Shown here piece after piece: positions 1-8,600 of a stretch of DNA of 64,000 nucleotides. Numbering within the stretch: position 1 is the stretch's first letter; each line of letters opens with the position of its first letter. The stretch is taken from contig OZ210885.1 in assembly GCA_964658305.1 (NCBI GenBank), forward strand, positions 16,988,001 through 17,052,000, read 5' to 3'. The position numbers were made by a program, and so were the translations under genes. Below the pieces are notes generated by a model. It saw only the letters and a program-made list of their open reading frames with translations, did not search any database and was not told the DNA's origin. Origin of the DNA: Leptogorgia sarmentosa (lineage: Eukaryota).

Positions 1-42
1 AAATATAATTCCTTTCAATTTCAACTTCAGGGTTTTGTTATT

Positions 43-65
43 GTTACACGTTTAAAAAGTGTAAC
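43..65 (+). promoter_or_regulatory. Upstream TATA-like element (TTTAAAAA, -29 to -22) within a GTTACAC...GTGTAAC inverted repeat; representative copy
   Basis: GTTACACGTTTAAAAAGTGTAAC at -37..-15 from the gene start at 80. TATA-like motifs near -25/-30 are known for many metazoan 5S genes. Confidence 0.6.
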
Positions 66-79
66 TTCCATCAACAATT

Positions 80-199
80 GTCTACGACCATACCAGTAGG
101 AAAATACCGGTTCTCGTCTGATCACAGAAGTTAAGCCTAGGTGGGCAACGTTAGTACTTGGATGGGTGACTAGCTGGGAATACTTTGTGTTGTAGACTT
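80..199 (+). rRNA. 5S rRNA: 5S rRNA gene (first copy in window; variant allele)
   Basis: Has the conserved eukaryotic 5S motifs GACCATACC, CCGGTTCTCGTCTGATCA, GAAGTTAAGC, GTTAGTACTTGGATGGGTGAC and TGGGAATAC. The 5' end GTCTACGAC pairs with the 3' end GTTGTAGAC (helix I). Confidence 0.95.
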
Positions 200-205
200 G
201 CTTCA

Positions 206-209
206 TTTT
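206..209 (+). terminator. Pol III oligo(dT) terminator (T4 at +127..+130); representative copy
   Basis: First run of at least 4 T after the gene (GACTTGCTTCATTTTATT). T4 suffices for metazoan Pol III termination. Confidence 0.7.
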
Positions 210-757
210 ATTGTATGCGTGTTTGTAAATAGGTTTGCTTTCAATTTCAACTTCAGGGTTTTGTTATTGTTACACGTTTAAAAAGTGTTACTTCCATCCA
301 GAAATATCTATGACCATACCAGTAGGAAAATACCGGTTCTCGTCTGATCACCGAAGTTAAGCCTAGGTGGGCAAGGTTGGTAGTTGGATGGGTGACCACC
401 TGGGAATATTTTGTGTTGTACACTTGCTTCATTTTATTGTATGTGTGTTTCTAAATAGGTTTGCTTTCAATTTCAACTTCAGGGTTTTCTTATTGTTACA
501 CGTTTAAAAAGTGTAACTTCCATCAACAAATGTCTACGACCATACCAGTAGCAAAATACCGGTTCTCGTCTGATCACCGAAGTTAACCCTAGGTGGGCAC
601 AGTTAGTAGTTGGATGGGTGACCACCTGGGAATACTTTGTGTTGTAGACTTGCTTCATTTTATTGTATGTGTGTTTGTAAATAGGTTTGCTTTCAATTTC
701 AACTTCAGGGTTTTGTTATTGTTACACGTTTTAAAAGTGTAACTTCCATCAGCAAAT

Positions 758-877
758 GTCTACGACCATACCAGTAGGAAAATACCGGTTCTCGTCTGAT
801 CACCGAAGTTAAGCCTAGGTGGGCAAAGTTAGTACTTGGATGGGTGACCACCTGGGAATACTTTGTGTTGTAGACTT
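758..877 (+). rRNA. 5S rRNA: 5S rRNA gene, consensus-type copy (representative of the majority allele)
   Basis: Matches the array consensus. Helix I (1-9/110-118), helix III (ACCGGT/ACCG-AA-GT), helix IV with GTGA GNRA loop and helix V (CAAAGT/ACTTTG) can all form. Confidence 0.95.
807..854 (+). promoter_or_regulatory. Pol III type-1 internal control region (box A ~+50-64, intermediate element ~+67-72, box C ~+80-97); representative copy, present in every unit
   Basis: AGTTAAGCCTAGGTG / CAAAGT / TGGATGGGTGACCACCTG lie at the positions defined for the Xenopus 5S ICR (TFIIIA site). Assigned by positional homology. Confidence 0.8.
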
Positions 878-3800
878 GCTTCATTTTATTGTATGTGTGT
901 TTGTAAATAGGTTTGCTTTCAATTTCATCTTCAGGGTTTTGTTATTGTTACACGTTTAAAAAGTGTTACTTCCATCAACAAATGTCTACGACCATACCAG
1001 TAGGAAAATACTGGTTCTCGTCTGATCACCGAAGTTAAGCCTAGGTGGGCAAAGTTAGTACTTTGATGGGTGACTACCTGGGAATACTTTGTGTTGTAGA
1101 CTTGCTTCATTTTATTGTATGTGTGTTTGTAAATATAATTCCTTTCAATTTCAACTTCAGGGTTTTGTTATTGTTACACGTTTAAAAAGTGTAACTTCCA
1201 TCAACAATTGTCTACGACCATACCAGTAGGAAAATACCGGTTCTCGTCTGATCACAGAAGTTAAGCCTAGGTGGGCAAAGTTAGTACTTGGATGGGTGAC
1301 TAGCTGGGAATACTTTGTGTTGTAGACTTGCTTCATTTTATTGTATGCGTGTTTGTAAATAGGTTTGCTTTCAATTTCAACTTCAGGGTTTTGTTATTGT
1401 TACACGTTGAAAAAGTGTAACTTCCATCAACAAATGTCTACGACCATACCAGTAGGAAAATACCGGTTCTCGTCTGATCACCAAAGTTAAGCCTAGGTGG
1501 GCAAAGTTAGTAGTTGGATGGGTGACCACCTGGGAATATTTTGTGTTGTAGACTTGCTTCATTTTATTGTATGTCTGTTTGTAAATAGGTTTGCTTTCAA
1601 TTTCAACTTCAGGGTTTTGTTATTGTTACACGTTTAAAAAGTGTAACTTCCATCAACAAATGTCTACGACCATACCAGTGGGAAAATACCGGTTCTCGTC
1701 TGATCACCGAAGTTAAGCCTAGGTGGGCACAGTTAGTAGTTGGATGGGTGACCACCTGGGAATACTTTGTGTTGTAGACTTGCTTCATTTTATTGTATGT
1801 GTGTTTGTAAATAGGTTTGCTTTCAATTTCAACTTCAGGGTTTTGTTATTGTTACACGTTTTAAAAGTGTAACTTCCATCAGCAAATGTCTACGACCATA
1901 CCAGTAGGAAAATACCGGTTCTCGTCTGATCACCGAAGTTAAGCCTAGGTGAGCAAAGTTAGTACTTGGATGGGTGACCACCTGGGAATACTTTGTGTTG
2001 TAGACTTGCTTCATTTTATTGTATGTGTGTTTGTAAATAGGTTTGCTTTCAATTTCATCTTCAGGGTTTTGTTATTGTTACACGTTTAAAAAGTGTTACT
2101 TCCATCAACAAATGTCTACGACCATACCAGTAGGAAAATACCGGTTCTCGTCTGATCACCGAAGTTAAGCCTAGGTGGGCAAAGTTAGTACTTGGATGGG
2201 TGACTACCTGGGAATACTTTGTGTTGTAGACTTGCTTCATTTTATTGTATGTGTGTTTGTAAATATAATTCCTTTCAATTTCAACTTCAGGGTTTTGTTA
2301 TTGTTACACGTTTAAAAAGTGTAACTTCCATCAACAATTGTCTACGACCATACCAGTAGGAAAATACCGGTTCTCGTCTGATCACAGAAGTTAAGCCTAG
2401 GTGGGCAAAGTTAGTACTTGGATGGGTGACTACCTGGGAATACTTTGTGTTGTAGACTTGCTTCATTTTATTGTAGGTGTGTTTCTAAATAGGTTTGCTT
2501 TCAATTTCAACTTCAGGGTTTTCTTATTGTTACACGTTTAAAAAGTGTAACTTCCATGAACAAATGTCTACGACCATACCAGTAGCAAAATACCGGTTCT
2601 CGTCTGATCACCGAAGTTAACCCTAGGTGGGCAAAGTTAGTAGTTGGATGGGTGACCACCTGGGAATACTTTGTGTTGTAGACTTGCTTCATTTTATTGT
2701 ATGTGTGTTTGTAAATAGGTTTGCTTGGAATTTCAACTTCAGGGTTTTGTTATTGTTACACGTTTAAAAAGTGTAACTTCCATCAACAGACGTCTACGAC
2801 CATACCTGTAGGAAAATACCGGTTCTCCTCTGATCACCGAAGTTAAGCCTAGGTGGGAAAAGTTAGTAGTTGTATGGGTGACCACCTGGGAATACTTTGT
2901 GTTGTAGACTTGCTTCATTTTATTGTATGTGCGTTTGTAAATAGGTTTGCTTTCAATTTCAACTTCAGGGTTTTGTTATTGTTACACGTTTAAAAAGTGT
3001 AACTTCCATCAACAAATGTCTACCACCATACCAGTAGGAAAATACCGGTTCTCGTCTGATCACCGAAGTTAAGCCTAGGTGGGCAAAGTTAGTACTTGGA
3101 TGGGTGACCACCTGGGAATATTTTGTGTTGTAGACTTGCTTCATTTTATTGTATGTGTGTTTGTAAATAGGTTTGCTTTCAATTTCAACTTGAGGGTTTT
3201 CTTATTGTTACATGTTTAAAAAGTGTAACTTCCATCAACAAATGTCTACGACCATACCAGCAGGAAAATACCGGTTCTCGTCTGATCACCGAAGTTAAGC
3301 CTAGGTGGGCAAGTTAGTACTTGGATGGGTGACCACCTGGGAATACTTTGTTTTGTAGACTTGCTTCATTTTATTGTATGTGTGTTTGTAAATAGGTTTG
3401 CTTTCAATTTCAACTTTAGGGTTTTGTTATTGTTACACGTTTAAAAAGTGTAACTTCCATCAACAAATGTCTACGACCATACCAGTAGGAAAATACCGGT
3501 TCTCGTCTGATCACCGAAGTTAACCCTAGGTGGGAAAAGTTAGTAGTTGTATGGGTGACCACCTGGGAATACTTTGTGTTGTCGACTTGCTTCATTTTAT
3601 TGTATGTGTGTTTGTAAATAGGTTTGCTTTCAATTTCAACTTCAGGGTTTTGTTATTGTTACACGTTTAAAAAGTGTTACTTCCATCAACAAATGTCTAC
3701 GACCATACCAGTAGGAAAATACCGGTTCTCGTCTGATCACCGAAGTTAACCCTAGGTGGGAAAAGTTAGTAGTTGTATGGGTGACCACCTGGGAATACTT

Positions 3801-5049
3801 TGTGTTGTCGACTTGCTTCATTTTATTGTATGTGTGTTTGTAAATAGGTTTGCTTTCAATTTCAACTTCAGGGTTTTGTTATTGTTACACGTTTAAAAAG
3901 TGTTACTTCCATCAACAAATGTCTACGACCATACTAGTAGGAAAATACCGGTCCTCGTCTGATCACCGAAGTTAAGCCTAGGTGGGCAAGGTTAGTAGTT
4001 GGATGGGTGACCACCTGGGAATATTTTGTGTTGTACACTTGCTTCATTTTATTGTATGTGTGTTTCTAAATAGGTTTGCTTTCAATTTCAACTTCAGGGT
4101 TTTCTTATTGTTACACGTTTAAAAAGTGTAACTTCCATCAACAAATGTCTACGACCATACCAGTAGCAAAATACCGGTTCTCGTCTGATCACCGAAGTTA
4201 ACCCTAGGTGGGCAAAGTTAGTAGTTGGATGGGTGACCACCTGGGAATACTTCGTGTTGTAGACTTGCTTCATTTTATTGTATGTGTGTTTGTAAATAGG
4301 TTTGCTTGGAATTTCAACTTCAGGGTTTTGTTATTGTTACACGTTTAAAAAGTGTAACTTCCATCAACCGATGTCTACGACCATACCTGTAGGAAAATAC
4401 CGGTTCTCCTCTGATCACCGAAGTTAAGCCTAGGTGGGAAAAGTTAGTAGTTGTATGGGTGACCACCTGGGAATACTTTGTGTTGTAGACTTGCTTCATT
4501 TTATTGTATGTGTGTTTGTAAATAGGTTTGCTTTCAATTTCAACTTCAGGGTTTTGTTATTGTTACACGTTTAAAAAGTGTTACTTCCATCAACAAATGT
4601 CTACGACCATACCAGTAGGAAAATACCGGTCCTCGTCTGATCACCGAAGTTAAGCCTAGGTGGGCAAGGTTAGTAGTTGGATGGGTGACCACCTGGGAAT
4701 ATTTTGTGTTGTACACTTGCTTCATTTTATTGTATGTGTGTTTCTAAATAGGTTTGCTTTCAATTTCAACTTCAGGGTTTTGTTATTGTTACACGTTTAA
4801 AAAGTGTTACTTCCATCGGCAAATGTCTACGACCATACCAGTAGGAAAATACCGGTTCTCGTCTGATCACCGAAGTTAAGCCTAGGTGGGCAAGTTAGTA
4901 CTTGGATGGGTGACCACCTGGGAATACTTTGTGTTGTAGACTTGCTTCATTTTATTGTATGTGTGTTTGTAGATAGGTTTGCTTTCAATTTCAACTTCAG
5001 GGATTTGTTATTGTTACACGTTTAAAAAGTGTTACTTCCATGAACAAAT

Positions 5050-5169
5050 GTCTACGACCATACCAGTAGGAAAATACCGGTTCTCGTCTGATCACCGAAG
5101 TTAAGCCTAGGTGGGGAAAGTTAGTACTTGGATGGGTGACCACCTGGGAATACTTTTTTTTGTAGACTT
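5050..5169 (+). pseudogene. 5S variant with internal T8 (+105..112) and C67G; copies start at 5050, 5831, 11234, 17088, 24646, 25427, 28919, 29700, 35555, 44020
   Basis: GGGGAAAG...GAATACTTTTTTTTGTAGAC. An internal T8 should stop Pol III before the 3' strand of helix I. Confidence 0.7.
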
Positions 5170-5246
5170 GCTTCATTTTATTGTATGTGTGTTTGCAAAT
5201 AGGTTTGCTTTCAATGTAAACTTCAGGGATTTTGTTATTGCTACAT

Positions 5247-5272
5247 CTGGAAATACTTTGTATTGTTGTTTT
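5247..5272 (+). pseudogene. Decayed 3' fragment of 5S (positions 95-120) inside the long spacer; present in all long units
   Basis: CTGGAAATACTTTGTATTGTTGTTTT aligns without gaps to CTGGGAATACTTTGTGTTGTAGACTT. Confidence 0.85.
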
Positions 5273-5378
5273 GCTAAATGTTATTTAATGCCTATTTGTA
5301 AATATACTTCCTTTCAATTTCAACTTCGGGGTTTTGTTATTGTTACACGATTAAAAAGTGTAACTTCCATCAACAAAT

Positions 5379-5498
5379 GTGTACGACCGTACGAGTAGGA
5401 AAATACCGGTTCTCGTCTGATCACCGAAGTTAAGCCTAGGTGGGCACAGTTAGTAGTTGGATGGGTGACCACCTGGGAATACTTTGTGTTGTAGACTT
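5379..5498 (+). pseudogene. Multiply mutated 5S copy (C3G, A11G, C15G, A69C, C78G) that follows each T8 long unit
   Basis: GTGTACGACCGTACGAGTAGG...GGGCACAGTTAGTAGTTGG. The changes break pairs in helices I, II, IV and V, and the upstream element is altered to GATTAAAAA. Confidence 0.6.
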
Positions 5499-5699
5499 GC
5501 TTCATTTTATTGTATGTGTGTTTGTAAATAGGTTTGCTTTCAATTTCAACTTCAGGGATTTGTTATTGTTACACGTTTTAAAAGTGTAACTTCCATCAGC
5601 AAATGTCTACGACCATACCAGTAGGAAAATACCGGTTCTCGTCTGATCACCGAAGTTAAGCCTAGGTGGGCAAAGTTAGTACTTGGATGGGTGACCACC

Positions 5700-8600
5700 T
5701 GGGAATACTTTGTGTTGTAGACTTGCTTCATTTTATTGTATGTGTGTTTGTAAATAGGTTTGCTTTCAATTTCATCTTCAGGGTTTTGTTATTGTTACAC
5801 GTTTAAAAAGTGTTACTTCCATCAACAAATGTCTACGACCATACCAGTAGGAAAATACCGGTTCTCGTCTGATCACCGAAGTTAAGCCTAGGTGGGGAAA
5901 GTTAGTACTTGGATGGGTGACCACCTGGGAATACTTTTTTTTGTAGACTTGCTTCATTTTATTGTATGTGTGTTTGCAAATAGGTTTGCTTTCAATGTAA
6001 ACTTCAGGGATTTTGTTATTGCTACATCTGGAAATACTTTGTATTGTTGTTTTGCTAAATGTTATTTAATGCCTATTTGTAAATATACTTCCTTTCAATT
6101 TCAACTTCGGGGTTTTGTTATTGTTACACGATTAAAAAGTGTAACTTCCATCAACAAATGTGTACGACCGTACGAGTAGGAAAATACCGGTTCTCGTCTG
6201 ATCACCGAAGTTAAGCCTAGGTGGGCACAGTTAGTAGTTGGATGGGTGACCACCTGGGAATACTTTGTGTTGTAGACTTGCTTCATTTTATTGTATGTGT
6301 GTTTGTAAATAGGTTTGCTTTCAATTTCAACTTCAGGGATTTGTTATTGTTACACGTTTTAAAAGTGTAACTTCCATCAGCAAATGTCTACGACCATACC
6401 AGTAGGAAAATACCGGTTCTCGTCTGATCACCGAAGTTAAGCCTAGGTGGGCAAAGTTAGTACTTGGATGGGTGACCACCTGGGAATACTTTGTGTTGTA
6501 GACTTGCTTCATTTTATTGTATGTGTGTTTGTAAATAGGTTTGCTTTCAATTTCATCTTCAGGGTTTTGTTATTGTTACACGTTTAAAAAGTGTTACTTC
6601 CATCAACAAATGTCTACGACCATACCAGTAGGAAAATACCGGTTCTCGTCTGATCACCGAAGTTAAGCCTAGGTGGGCAAAGTTAGTACTTGGATGGGTG
6701 ACTACCTGGGAATACTTTGTGTTGTAGACTTGCTTCATTTTATTGTATGTGTGTTTGTAAATATAATTCCTTTCAATTTCAACTTCAGGGTTTTGTTATT
6801 GTTACACGTTTAAAAAGTGTAACTTCCATCAACAATTGTCTACGACCATACCAGTAGGAAAATACCGGTTCTCGTCTGATCACAGAAGTTAAGCCTAGGT
6901 GGGCAAAGTTAGTACTTGGATGGGTGACTACCTGGGAATACTTTGTGTTGTAGACTTGCTTCATTTTATTGTAGGTGTGTTTGTAAGTAGGTTTGCTTTC
7001 AATTTCAACTTCAGGGTTTTGTTATTGTTACACGTTTAAAAAGTGTAACTTCCATCAACAAATGTCTACAACCATACCAGTAGCAAAATACCGGTTCTCG
7101 TCTGATCACCGAAGTGAAGCCTAGATGGGCAAAGTTAGTACTTGGATGGGTGACCACCTGGGAATACTTTGTGTTGTAGACTTGCTTCATTTTATTGTAT
7201 GTGTGTTTGTAAATAGGTTTGCTTTCAATTTCAACTTCAGGGTTTTGTTATTGTTACACGTTTAAAAAGTGTTACTTCCATCAAGAAATATCTATGACCA
7301 TACCAGTAGGAAAATACCGGTTCTCGTCTGATCACCGAAGTTAAGCCTAGGTGGGCAAGGTTAGTAGTTGGATGGGTGACCACCTGGGAATATTTTGTGT
7401 TGTACACTTGCTTCATTTTATTGTATGTGTGTTTCTAAATAGGTTTGCTTTCAATTTCAACTTCAGGGTTTTCTTATTGTTACACGTTTAAAAAGTGTAA
7501 CTTCCATCAACAAATGTCTACGACCATACCAGTAGCAAAATACCGGTTCTCGTCTGATCACCGAAGTTAACCCTAGGTGGGCAAAGTTAGTAGTTGGATG
7601 GGTGACCACCTGGGAATACTTTGTGTTGTAGACTTGCTTCATTTTATTGTATGTGTGTTTGTAAATAGGTTTGCTTGGAATTTCAACTTCAGGGTTTTGT
7701 TATTGTTACACGTTTAAAAAGTGTAACTTCCATCAACAGATGTCTACGACCATACCTGTAGGAAAATACCGGTTCTCCTCTGATCACCGAAGTTAAGCCT
7801 AGGTGGGAAAAGTTAGTAGTTGTATGGGTGACCACCTGGGAGTACTTTGTGTTGTAGACTTGCTTCATATTATTGTATGTGTGTTTGTAAATAGGTTTGC
7901 TTTCAATTTCAACTTCAGGGTTTTGTTATTGTTACACGTTTAAAAAGTGTAACTTCCATCAACAAATGTCTACCACCATACCAGTAGGAAAATACCGGTT
8001 CTCGTCTGATCACCGAAGTTAAGCCTAGGTGGGCAAAGTTAGTACTTGGATGGGTGACCACCTGGGAATATTTTGTGTTGTAGACTTGCTTCATTTTATT
8101 GTATGTGTGTTTGTAAATAGGTTTGCTTTCAATTTCAACTTGAGGGTTTTCTTATTGTTACATGTTCAAAAAGTGTAACTTCCATCAACAAATGTCTACG
8201 ACCATACCAGCAGGAAAATACCGGTTCTCGTCTGATCACCGAAGTTAAGCCTAGGTGGGCAAGTTAGTACTTGGATGGGTGACCACCTGGGAATACTTTG
8301 TTTTGTAGACTTGCTTCATTTTATTGTATGTGTGTTTGTAAATAGGTTTGCTTTCAATTTCAACTTTAGGGTTTTGTTATTGTTACACGTTTAAAAAGTG
8401 TAACTTCCATCAACAAATGTCTACGACCATACCAGTAGGAAAATACCGGTTCTCGTCTGATCACCGAAGTTAACCCTAGGTGGGCAAAGTTAGTAGTTGG
8501 ATGGGTGACCACCTGGGAATACTTTGTGTTGTAGACTTGCTTCATTTTATTGTATGTGTGTTTGTAAATAGGTTTGCTTGGAATTTCAACTTCAGGGTTT

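Noticed and set aside
758..877. Six-base palindromes ACCGGT, TGATCA, CCTAGG, AGTACT in each gene
   Set aside because: Mostly ordinary parts of conserved 5S sequence; useful only as restriction markers.
5247..5348. 103-bp insert as a MITE/SINE or a linked small RNA gene (SL, U snRNA, tRNA)
   Set aside because: No terminal inverted repeats, target-site duplication or recognisable RNA motifs; it is fully explained as a duplication of the unit itself.
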